DNA from: an uncultured Verrucomicrobiae bacterium
GTDB lineage: Bacteria; Verrucomicrobiota; Verrucomicrobiia; Limisphaerales; Palsa-1400
DNA length: 64,000 bases
Direction of reading: 5' to 3'
NCBI GenBank assembly: GCA_963764165.1
Contig: CAVXRD010000003.1
Location: 608,001-672,000 of the forward strand
Shown: positions 8,285-17,044 of the stretch, piece by piece
Numbering within the stretch: the stretch's first letter is position 1
Layout: every line of letters starts with the position of its first letter
Position numbers and translations under genes: made by a program
The notes under the pieces: generated by a model
The model's database searches: none
What the model was told of the DNA's origin: nothing
What the model saw: only the letters and a program-made list of their open reading frames with translations

Positions 8285-10867
8285 TCACGGCATCGTCAAT
8301 CCGTAAAATCGATTCGGAAAATTTGTCCAGGTTGGGTCCGAAAAATATGCAGAGCCATTTGTGATCGCCACCGTTTGCAGCGGAACCCACTCGGGGCTCG
8401 CCAGATTGGCGCAGGCCTGCACCACGACGGAGAAATTATTCGTGCTCGTTACGTTAAAGCCGAATCGATTGCCTTGGACGCCAAAGATTCCATCGCCGGT
8501 CGCGATCACCGGTTCCCATGGCACTGCGGCGGCCCCGCTGTTGGCGGCGAACGAATCCCAGCCCGAAGTCCACGGCAAGTAGCAAACCGTAGTGCCGTTG
8601 GGTAGAAAATAGCTTGCGGGATTGCCCGGCGCGTTGCCCGCGAAGTAGACGGTGGATAGCCCGTAACAGGCCTCGAATGCGCCCGTTCCTATGCTGGTCA
8701 CACTGGCCGGGATGTGGAGGCTGCGCAAATTGGTGCAGTAGTTGAAGTCGTAGGCGCCCAGCGAGGTCACGCCCTCCTGAATCACGACATTGGTCAACCA
8801 GAAACAGCCGACGAAGGCGTCTGGGCCAACATTGGTCACGCTGCCCGGAATCGAAACGCTCTTCAGCCCGCTCCCGGAAAACGCGTCCTTGGCGATATTG
8901 AGCAGGGTCTTCGGCAGCACGATGTTGGTGAGGGTGGTCAGATTCAGGCACGCGTTGGTTCCAATATTTGTCACCGTGCAAAGCACCGTCACATTTGCCA
9001 CCACCACCGGCTCGCCGCCCCCCAACGAAGCTATGTTATTGACAATCCTTCCCGTGATGTAGGCTGGCACAATGATTGACGTGTTGGTGGTGGAATATCC
9101 ATATCCGGTAATCGTGATGCCGCCCGTGCTGTTGGTGATGAAGTAGAACGGGGAGGCTGTCGTCGCTGCCACGGTCGGCAGTCCCGCGAATTCGGCGGTC
9201 CACCTGGCCGTGCCGCCAGGATAATAGATCGTGGCCTGGGTGTCCCCCTCGAAGGCGTTGGACGCGATCGCTGCCGACACTGGCGCGTTGGTCGAAAAGT
9301 AGATTTGAGAAAGTTCCAGGCAACCCGCGAACGCGCTATCGGCAATCGTGCTGACTGTATTGGGAACCGCCGCCCAAATCAGGTTGGCGCAATCCATGAA
9401 CGCGCTGTCATCAACGTTGGTGACGCCGTAGGAAATCACCAGGTTGGTCAAAGTGCTGCAACCCGCGAAAGCCTGCGGCCCCACATCCGAAATGGGCTGG
9501 CCGAACAGATAGGAGGGAATTTGAACGTAACCATTTGTTCCAATGTAATTGGTGATGGTCAGGCTGTTGAAGTTGCCTGTCGGGGGCGCCACGCCGGATC
9601 GAACGGACGGAGCCGTCTGGAATGGCAGCAGCTCGCTGTAAACTTCATTCCACATGAGCGGCGTCCAGCCCGTTGTTCCCGGCAAATAATACGCGATGGC
9701 TGACTGTTGCAGCGCCGGCGTGCCCGTCGGCGCATCGCCCAAAAAATACACCGCCGAAATGGGGCTTCCAACAAAACAGAACGTCCCAAGATTGGTCACC
9801 GAGGCGGGCACCGTCACCGTTTCAAGGGTCTGGAACTCCTCAAATTCATGGTATCCGATGGAGGTCGTTCCGTTGGTGACGATGGCGTTGGTTAGATTGG
9901 TGCAGCCGCCAAAGACGGCGTAGAGGTCAACCAGCCCGCCACCCACGGTGATGGAAGAAAGCGCCGTGCAATTGGCGAACGCGTAAGCCGCGACATTGGT
10001 CAGCCCGGGCGGAAGCGCAATGCTCTTGAGCCGCGTGCAATTTGCGTACGCGTAGGCCGCGATGCTGACGAACGGGCATCCCCATGCGACCTGCGTGAGG
10101 CCGCTGCAATTCTCGAACGCCGCGGTCGGCACGTTGGTGATGCCGATGGGAAGATACGCATTGATCATCGAAGTGCATCCGTAAAACGCCGAGGAGCCCA
10201 GGCTGGTCACCGTCGTCGGAATAATCACCTGAATCAGTGTCCCTTTGCTGGAGAAAGCCGATGCCCCAATGGCGGTGACGGGATATCCATAGGCGATTGC
10301 CGGAAGCGTCAGGAACTGCGTCGTCCCCGTGTAACCGCTGATAGTCAGGGTGGAGCCGTTTGTTTGAAATTTGAAATAGGAAACCGGCGACATCGCGTAA
10401 GCGCCGCGCCCGCCTAGGAGCGTTCCCCATCCGGCGGCCCCGCTTTCATAATATACCGACGTGTGGCTGCTGCCTGAAAAAGCCGTCGCCGAGGCCTGCG
10501 GAGCCGAACCGCCAAAGTAGACCGCCTCGAGATTTGTGCAGTCGGCGAAAGCGCCGCCGTCGACCAAGGCGAGGTTTCCCAGCACAACCACGTCAATGGC
10601 GTTGGTCATTCCCTCGAACGCATTCGTGCCAATTTCCGTCACCGCCAGCCCGTCGATCGTCGCAGGAATCACGACGGAGCTGGCGTACCCATTGTAACCG
10701 GTGATCGTGATGCTTCCGCTCTGATTCGTTGCAAATGTGAACTGGGCTCGCGCCGTCATCCCGGCAACGGCGAGAAGCAAGCCCGCAAGCGCGCAAATGA
10801 AGAAGCTCTTCTGCGCGCGAAAAATGCACCGGCGGGCGCGTGGAATGGCGAGCGGAGGCATTTTCAT
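8285..10867 (-). CDS. Secreted BspA/TpLRR-type leucine-rich-repeat surface protein
   Basis: Signal peptide; repeated ITITGYxG and IPxxVTxIGxxAFxxCxxL units; C-terminal WVPL...FSD...RFYG tail. Confidence 0.88.
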   Translation of the reverse strand: MKMPPLAIPRARRCIFRAQKSFFICALAGLLLAVAGMTARAQFTFATNQSGSITITGYNGYASSVVIPATIDGLAVTEIGTNAFEGMTNAIDVVVLGNLALVDGGAFADCTNLEAVYFGGSAPQASATAFSGSSHTSVYYESGAAGWGTLLGGRGAYAMSPVSYFKFQTNGSTLTISGYTGTTQFLTLPAIAYGYPVTAIGASAFSSKGTLIQVIIPTTVTSLGSSAFYGCTSMINAYLPIGITNVPTAAFENCSGLTQVAWGCPFVSIAAYAYANCTRLKSIALPPGLTNVAAYAFANCTALSSITVGGGLVDLYAVFGGCTNLTNAIVTNGTTSIGYHEFEEFQTLETVTVPASVTNLGTFCFVGSPISAVYFLGDAPTGTPALQQSAIAYYLPGTTGWTPLMWNEVYSELLPFQTAPSVRSGVAPPTGNFNSLTITNYIGTNGYVQIPSYLFGQPISDVGPQAFAGCSTLTNLVISYGVTNVDDSAFMDCANLIWAAVPNTVSTIADSAFAGCLELSQIYFSTNAPVSAAIASNAFEGDTQATIYYPGGTARWTAEFAGLPTVAATTASPFYFITNSTGGITITGYGYSTTNTSIIVPAYITGRIVNNIASLGGGEPVVVANVTVLCTVTNIGTNACLNLTTLTNIVLPKTLLNIAKDAFSGSGLKSVSIPGSVTNVGPDAFVGCFWLTNVVIQEGVTSLGAYDFNYCTNLRSLHIPASVTSIGTGAFEACYGLSTVYFAGNAPGNPASYFLPNGTTVCYLPWTSGWDSFAANSGAAAVPWEPVIATGDGIFGVQGNRFGFNVTSTNNFSVVVQACANLASPEWVPLQTVAITNGSAYFSDPTWTNFPNRFYGLTMP

Positions 10868-11118
10868 TTTTTTGGAAGTTAGATTCTACAACGTGAAATC
10901 GTAATCGCCAGATTGTGCCAAAGCCAGACGCCGCGTGGCAAGCAAACACTAGAGAAATGCAAGCATATAAAACTCATAAATCAGGCGCCTGATCGGGATC
11001 AGATGGCTATCCGTTAGCGGAGCGCGCGTCACAGCGCGAAAAAAGACTTGCGCAGCTTTCCGAGGATTTGGAATGATCAGCCCTTTTTGCGCCTTTGAGC
11101 CCTTGCGCTGTTGCGTTA

Positions 11119-11941
11119 GGGCCTGTTAACACTAGTTGACATTTTATAGGCGACAAGGCAAAATGGCTGGGTGGAGCTTACAGAGAGTCAATATCAGCGG
11201 GTTGCTGATTGTCTGCCGCGGCAGCGCGGCAACGTGAGCATGACCAATCTGCAACTTCTCAACGCCCTGCTCTATGTGGTGGAGCATGGGTGCAAATGGC
11301 GCGGCCTGCCAAAACATTTTGGCAACTGGCATACGATCTACACCCGCATGAACCGCTGGAGCAAAGCGGGCGTGCTGGATCGAGTCTTCGCCCGGCTCCA
11401 GCAGGAGCAAATCCTGGCGATCCGGATCGAGCAAGTCTGCTTGGACAGCACGACGATCAAGGTTCACCCCGACGGCACCGGGGCGCTAAAAAAAACGGCC
11501 CACAGGCCATCGGGCGCTCCCGAGGCGGTTGCACCACCAAAATTCATCTGGTTGCCGCGAATGCCCAGTGCGCCTTAATGCTCAAGCTTTCCCCCGGCCA
11601 GGCGGGGGACGCGCCGCAAGGACGCGAGCTTTTGCAGGCGGGCGGGCCGGTTCCGGCAGGGCTTCCACTCATCATGGACAGCGCCTATGAAGGGGACGAG
11701 ACTCTGCAACAGGCGCGGGAATTGGGCTACGCTCCAGTGGTTCCTCCTAACCCCCGACGCTTAAATCCGTGGGAGTATGACCAAACCCTTTACCGACGCC
11801 GCAATGAGATTGAACGGCTTTTTCGCCGACTCAAAAGCTACCGCCGAGTCTTCAGTCGCTTCGACAAATTGGATGCGTTGTACTCCGGATTCGTCGTCCT
11901 CGCGCTCATCGTGGAGGCGTTACGTTAGTGTTAACAGGCCC
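11119..11941 (+). mobile_element. IS5-family insertion sequence, copy 1 (823 bp)
   Basis: Terminal IRs GGGCCTGTTAACACTA / TAGTGTTAACAGGCCC with flanking TA duplication; near-identical copy at 57240-58062. Confidence 0.93.
11171..11928 (+). CDS. IS5-family DDE transposase in two overlapping ORFs, probably joined by a -1 frameshift
   Basis: ORF A has GCKWRGLP..FGNW and LDSTTIKVH; ORF B has IGRSRGG.TTKIH, MDSAY and YRRRNEIER; A8 run at 11488-11495. Confidence 0.9.
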
Positions 11942-12007
11942 TAGAGCAGTTAAAAGAATTCTCAATTGCAGATGTGCCCGGCGCGCGCGAAAAAAGTCGA
12001 AATCCCA

Positions 12008-12036
12008 TTGACGCGCCCGTTTGGCATTTGTAAATT
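12008..12036 (+). promoter_or_regulatory. Sigma70-type promoter of tRNA-Asn
   Basis: TTGACG-17 nt-TAAATT, 17 nt upstream of the tRNA. Confidence 0.65.
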
Positions 12037-12053
12037 GTCCGTCCCATGAGGGA

Positions 12054-12128
12054 TCCAAAGTAGCTCAATGGTAGAGCACGCGGCTGTTAACCGTGTGGTT
12101 GTAGGTTCGAGTCCTACCTTTGGAGCCA
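12054..12128 (+). tRNA. tRNA-Asn (GTT)
   Basis: Acceptor stem TCCAAAG/CTTTGGA, anticodon arm CGCGG-CTGTTAA-CCGTG, GGTTCGAGTCC T-arm, encoded CCA. Confidence 0.97.
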
Positions 12129-12130
12129 TT
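12106..12130 (+). repeat. att core, left copy (3' end of tRNA-Asn)
   Basis: TTCGAGTCCTACCTTTGGAGCCATT, identical to 22211-22235. Confidence 0.93.
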
Positions 12131-12289
12131 TCGTTTGGCCCTCAAATTCAAGGACTTAGAGAGTTTTGAGGGTGCCAAAAGGCCAATTGCCAGCAAATTT
12201 GCCAGCAGAATTGACAATTTGCCACAATTCGCCATTAGGCAAGTATCTCCCTCTCAGTGCTCTCTAACGGAAAATCCTAAAAAATTCGT

Positions 12290-13360
12290 ATGCTCAAGAT
12301 CATGGAAAATATCGTGAAACAAGCATATCGAATGTATCTGAGAAATGGCACTTATTATGTGCAAGACAATCAAACGGGACAGCAGAAGAGCCTTGGGACA
12401 ACCGACAAGAATCAGGCGAAACGCCTTTTGCACGCCTACAACGAAACCCGTCAATCCCCTGCCCAAAATCTCGAAATGGCGAAGGTTTATTTGTGGGGAG
12501 CCGACCCGAAACTTAAAACCCGCACTTGGCAAGAGGTTATGGACGAATTCAGCACGCACGGCAAGGAATCCAGCCAAAGCCGTTGTAAACGAGCAATGGC
12601 CTCCAAACCCTTCAACGTTATACGAAACAAACCCCTCAATGGAACAACCATTGATGATTTCAAAGCCGTTTTACAACGTGGTGGAAACGCCACGAATAAT
12701 TATCTGCGCCGTCTGCACAATCTTGCCATGAGACACCGATGGCTCGTAAGGGATATTATTCCTCCAATGGAATGGGAGAAACCCGCCAAAAGACCAAAAC
12801 GCGGAATCACCTTGGAGGAACACTCTCGAATTATCACGGCAGAGGCGAACGAGGAACGACGAAAGTATTACCAATTACTTTGGCTCGTTGGATCGGCACA
12901 AACCGACGCCTCGCAATTAACCTCAGAAAATGTGAATTGGGACACACGCGTCCTCTCTTACAGACGTATGAAAACGGGCCAATGGTCGTCGTTGCAAATC
13001 GGGACTTCGTTGGAAACTCTCTTGAAAACATTGCCTGAGCAAGGATTCTTGTTTCCGAAAATCGCCACACTCACAGACAACGACCGTTCGGCGGAATTTT
13101 CCCGTCGATGCCGTTTGTTGGGAATTGTCGGCGTCAGCTTGCACAGTTACCGATACGCTTGGGCGGAAAGAGCCTACCAGCAGGGCTATCAGGAGCGATT
13201 TGCACAAGCCGCGCTTGGCCACAAAAGCAGCGCAATTCACCACGCGTATGCGAGAAATGCGATTGTTGTATGTCCAGCATTGGAAACAATCGGGACAAAC
13301 ATCGTCACCCTCAGCCAGCAAACGACCGCCCAAACAGAACTTGAAAGAAAAATCGGGTAG
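12290..13360 (+). CDS. Tyrosine recombinase/integrase
   Basis: HSYRY (HxxR), LGH...Y (ALGHKSSAIHHAYA) and RMKTG motifs; beside the att site; box I reads GSAQTD. Confidence 0.85.
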   Translation: MLKIMENIVKQAYRMYLRNGTYYVQDNQTGQQKSLGTTDKNQAKRLLHAYNETRQSPAQNLEMAKVYLWGADPKLKTRTWQEVMDEFSTHGKESSQSRCKRAMASKPFNVIRNKPLNGTTIDDFKAVLQRGGNATNNYLRRLHNLAMRHRWLVRDIIPPMEWEKPAKRPKRGITLEEHSRIITAEANEERRKYYQLLWLVGSAQTDASQLTSENVNWDTRVLSYRRMKTGQWSSLQIGTSLETLLKTLPEQGFLFPKIATLTDNDRSAEFSRRCRLLGIVGVSLHSYRYAWAERAYQQGYQERFAQAALGHKSSAIHHAYARNAIVVCPALETIGTNIVTLSQQTTAQTELERKIG

Positions 13361-13379
13361 GCACTGAAATCAAACATTG

Positions 13380-13410
13380 AAGCCGTCGTTCGAGAGACAA
13401 CGGCTTTTTT
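13380..13410 (+). terminator. Rho-independent terminator after the integrase
   Basis: AAGCCGTCGT...ACAACGGCTT imperfect stem followed by a T run. Confidence 0.65.
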
Positions 13411-13798
13411 ATTCCACAAACGCACTTTCTGAACGTGCCGTTTCCGAGGCTTTCTCCATGTTTGGAAAAGTTCGGTCGGCTCGCGCCCGAAAATCTTTTT
13501 GCGGACTTGCGCTGTTCTTCATTTTCCAACGGTCGTAAACCGCCTGTGTTGCCTTCCAAAGCCACTTGGAGTTCTCAGCCAGTGCTCTGATTTCACAAGC
13601 CGCAAAGTATTTCGTGGCATTTTGGACGGGATTACCGAGCGGACTTAAAAGGTTTGAGCCAACTAAGACGTGGATGTCATGTTCCTGAAAACCCAAAACA
13701 TTCGCAGTCACCTTCGAGTTAATGCGCCCTGAGAGTCGTTGGACATTTAAAGTCTCATCCGCAGAGGATAAGCACGATTGATATTTGTATTTCTTCAT
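13409..13798 (-). CDS. Small hypothetical protein convergent on the integrase; possible excisionase-like DNA-binding protein
   Basis: 129 aa with an HTH-like segment (VTANVLGFQEHDIHVLV); TTGACA-17-GAGAAT ends 6 nt before the ATG. Confidence 0.6.
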   Translation of the reverse strand: MKKYKYQSCLSSADETLNVQRLSGRINSKVTANVLGFQEHDIHVLVGSNLLSPLGNPVQNATKYFAACEIRALAENSKWLWKATQAVYDRWKMKNSASPQKDFRARADRTFPNMEKASETARSESAFVE

Positions 13799-14269
13799 CC
13801 ACTAATTCTCAGAATTTTTTAACAATCTGTCAACACTATCTAATTTCTGAATCAAAAAATCTGATTTTCCGCTTTGGTCTTACCCTGGCATACTTTGGAC
13901 TCTGGCACTTTCACTAGACGCCCTACGCCACTTCTCGTTCTTATGCCTCACCCCAGCATCACTAATGCCAAAGGCTCATGTGCCGACTTTATGAAAACAT
14001 TAGCTTTTTGAATAATGGCCGAATCGGGTTAGGTGCCTTATTTATATTTCCGACAACAAAAGGGCGATTCAAAAACCGCGAATTATCCAAAGTTCCGTAG
14101 CCCTTGCAATGCAGAATTATTCAAAAAAAGTGTAATACTAAGGACAATATGAATGACTCAATCCCTATGGCAAAAGAATCGAACGCGGACCTCGGAAGGG
14201 ATTTAGATGCGGCAAATTTCACTGATGACAGAATTCAAATGTCCACGACCAATCTCGACGCTGGCCCCG

Positions 14270-14590
14270 TCAACCCGATTGACTTACTTGAAACTCTGAT
14301 ATGCACTGCAAGGTGCGAGTATCCAAATCGGCGTCTATGGCTTTCTCTTGCCTGCGGCCCCTCGGATGTCTCTGATAAAAGACCTCTTCGCCATTCTCAA
14401 GGTCGCAAATAAAAATGTGCCCATCCGCCGCAATCCACTGATACAGGCGGATCAAGTCGGTTTTGTTATACTCTCGCCCTACAATTGCAAACGTGCGTTC
14501 GGACAGTTTTCTTACAGTCCACTCATTTAGGCAATCTTGAATAGCTGCGGGGCTGGTTATGTTCTTGAAGTCTAAAATGTATGATGGCAT
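14270..14590 (-). CDS. Hypothetical protein
   Basis: 106 aa ORF with AAGGGA RBS-like sequence, co-oriented with the upstream island genes. Confidence 0.55.
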   Translation of the reverse strand: MPSYILDFKNITSPAAIQDCLNEWTVRKLSERTFAIVGREYNKTDLIRLYQWIAADGHIFICDLENGEEVFYQRHPRGRRQEKAIDADLDTRTLQCISEFQVSQSG

Positions 14591-14616
14591 AATTCCCTTT
14601 TGATCTTGATGGTTAG

Positions 14617-15465
14617 TTAATTAAAATTCTTTTGAACTTCGCTTTGCGGTAAAGTCTTCGACAGCACAACGACTTTATGGGTGCTGATTCTCACGAGTAT
14701 GTCATCTTTCGTGTATTCCCAGTATGAGTTGTTCTCACCTGTATGGTATTTCATAGTCGGTATGCCATAGGCATTAACAAACATTTGAACAAACTGATCC
14801 GCAGTAAGGTTGCCCGTACTGAATAAATTATCAACAGCCAAATTGAAGAAAATTATGTTCGTAACGTTTCCAGATTGATCGTATAAAACATGTACGTTAT
14901 CGCTGACTAGGTCGTGTGCAAGGGTCTCTTTTCGGACTTGCTTAGAATCAGCAAGGTGGGGACTCCAAATTACAAAGTACTGAACTGTATCTGCTGGATG
15001 ATTTTCAATTTGCCAATCACCGCAGAATTTATTTTTAACAGCGGTCTCTAAAGATGAAACTGGCATTCCGATATACAATCCTTTGACAACAAGCCAACTT
15101 GGGACTGGAATTGGCATTTGTTGTCGCTGGGGAAGCGGATGTTCAGCCCGCCAATCTGTCGTCTCTGGTTTCCAAGGGGCAGGTTCATGCAATCTACCCT
15201 TGATAGTAGAGTAAGTCCACCAACATACGCCCGCAATAAACAGGATGAAGACAAGCCACCCCACTACTTCCCCTGAGCGTGATTCATTTTTAGAAGTTTT
15301 CGCGGTATTCCACTCGTTTGGAAACGATGCTCTCGTTTGACGCTCGCCTGTCGGAACGAGAAACGACTGATTGCACGTCGGGCAAGTGATTTGCATTCCC
15401 CGATAACCTTCATCGCATTCGAGAGCTTGTCCGCAATGAAGGCAGAAGATTTTGATTTCGGGCAT
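14617..15465 (-). CDS. Zinc-ribbon single-pass membrane protein
   Basis: N-terminal CLHC...CPTC, one TM (VVGWLVFILFIAGVCWW), extracytoplasmic domain. Confidence 0.75.
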   Translation of the reverse strand: MPEIKIFCLHCGQALECDEGYRGMQITCPTCNQSFLVPTGERQTRASFPNEWNTAKTSKNESRSGEVVGWLVFILFIAGVCWWTYSTIKGRLHEPAPWKPETTDWRAEHPLPQRQQMPIPVPSWLVVKGLYIGMPVSSLETAVKNKFCGDWQIENHPADTVQYFVIWSPHLADSKQVRKETLAHDLVSDNVHVLYDQSGNVTNIIFFNLAVDNLFSTGNLTADQFVQMFVNAYGIPTMKYHTGENNSYWEYTKDDILVRISTHKVVVLSKTLPQSEVQKNFN

Positions 15466-15552
15466 AGCGTTTATCTTTCCGAGAAGAAAAGACTATTCAA
15501 AAACCACGGATTTACTCAAAAAAGACATACCTTCTTCTATCTTCCGATACGC

Positions 15553-16605
15553 TTATGGCGAAAGTGTAGAGAGAACCTTCTTAGCATCATTATTTCCATT
15601 TTTGGCCGCTTTGTCCAACCACTCCCTTGCAAACGCCTTATTTTGAGTTACCCCGTCTCCATTCAAAAAGCGCATTCCAAGTTTATACTGGTATGAATCA
15701 ACATCTTGCAACGCAAGATTCACTTCCGACATAAGGAGTTTGTCGCCAAGATCAATCCTATAGCTCAAGGCCGCAAGTGTTTTCTTTGCGTCGAAATCAT
15801 CTTGCGCCGCAGCTTTCTCAAGCCATTCTTTCGCTTTTACATCATTTTTGGTTACACCGTCCCCTTTCAGGTAACGAAGTCCAAGTTTGTATTGGGATGA
15901 GGCAAATCCATTTGTTGCCTTGGCAATATCCGCGAGCAATGTTTTAGTCTCTCTTTCGGCTTTCTCGTTCTCTTGGAGAATAAGGCTTTCCTTTGCGGCA
16001 AGGGCTTTGCGGGACTCTGCCTCTTCGATCTCCTTTAAGCGTTTAGATTTAGCGGAACTATAATTCAGTTGTTCAACGTCGCTCAAATGTGGAGGCGCAG
16101 TTGGCGCACAATAATCAAGGATCAATGAATCTTGCCCGTTTGGTGCTTCGTAACCGACGATTGTGTAGTGATGTTTCAGAGGTTGCCCTAAAAACCCTTC
16201 AACTCCCCCAAATGTGTTTAAATTGCCCTCATAGACTCCTTTTCCCCTATAACGAACCATGACATCAATGTTCTGGCCGATGGCTGGAGGTCGGTGAAGA
16301 TTCCTTATTAGAACGACATAGCTGTCGTTCGGATGCAAATACTGATTTTCCGACGAATCCGACATATCATCGTCTGGCACAAACACGGCGGTCTGAGGAG
16401 ATGAAAAGTAACCTTCACACCATATTCCTTTGCTGCTAACTTTGATTACCTTTCCCGTAAACCGTCCCCAGTTCTGATCGGCCCAGATATTTTCCACAGT
16501 TCCGTTGTGAATTCGCCAATCGGGTTCTTCAGCAAGTTGCGCTTCTGATGTAGCAACCAGAGAGGAAAGCCCCGCCATTAAAACTGTCAATTGCATTTTT
16601 TTCAT
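15553..16605 (-). CDS. Secreted Sel1-like-repeat protein
   Basis: Signal peptide from MKKMQLTVLMAG; two repeats of QYKLGxRxLxGDGVxxNxxxAxEWLxKAA. Confidence 0.8.
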   Translation of the reverse strand: MKKMQLTVLMAGLSSLVATSEAQLAEEPDWRIHNGTVENIWADQNWGRFTGKVIKVSSKGIWCEGYFSSPQTAVFVPDDDMSDSSENQYLHPNDSYVVLIRNLHRPPAIGQNIDVMVRYRGKGVYEGNLNTFGGVEGFLGQPLKHHYTIVGYEAPNGQDSLILDYCAPTAPPHLSDVEQLNYSSAKSKRLKEIEEAESRKALAAKESLILQENEKAERETKTLLADIAKATNGFASSQYKLGLRYLKGDGVTKNDVKAKEWLEKAAAQDDFDAKKTLAALSYRIDLGDKLLMSEVNLALQDVDSYQYKLGMRFLNGDGVTQNKAFAREWLDKAAKNGNNDAKKVLSTLSP

Positions 16606-16756
16606 AATTTTCCCTTCAAACTCGTCTTCGTTTTGAGGTTTCCTGCCTGAACGGTCATCTGATATGGATATTGCTCCTTCAGAGCAAAAGCGCAAGCGTA
16701 TAAATTGGAACAACTGTTCCTGTAAACCATGAGTTCCAAATTGGCAGATTTGACGA

Positions 16757-16999
16757 ATGCGATCAAAGGATTTTGCCAGAGCATTCGGGGTTGCCGTACG
16801 GAACCACCGAAAAGCCAAAGGCTTGACCCAAGAATCCTTGGCAGAGAAGGCCGACCTTGCCCCAAAAATGATCTCTTTGATTGAACGATTCCAACGGAAT
16901 CCGACTTTAAATGTCGCCCATTCGATTGCAGCAGGATTGTCTGTCCCATTGTGGAGGCTGGTCAAGGATGCCGACGATTTGAGACGCAAAGGGCGATAG
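16757..16999 (+). CDS. XRE/Cro-family HTH regulator
   Basis: RKAKGLTQESLAEKADL...ISLIERFQRNPTL pattern. Confidence 0.88.
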   Translation: MRSKDFARAFGVAVRNHRKAKGLTQESLAEKADLAPKMISLIERFQRNPTLNVAHSIAAGLSVPLWRLVKDADDLRRKGR

Positions 17000-17044
17000 G
17001 GGTTTTCCATTATTCAACTGGCAAGTTTCGCCTGTTTATCTGAG

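Noticed and set aside
14104..14412. 102-aa plus-strand ORF in the island
   Set aside because: Overlaps the better-supported minus-strand ORF 14270-14590 and has no motifs
16606..17010. N-terminal 135 codons of the 485-aa ORF 15553..17010
   Set aside because: Overlaps the clear XRE gene on the opposite strand; a signal peptide begins at the ATG at 16605
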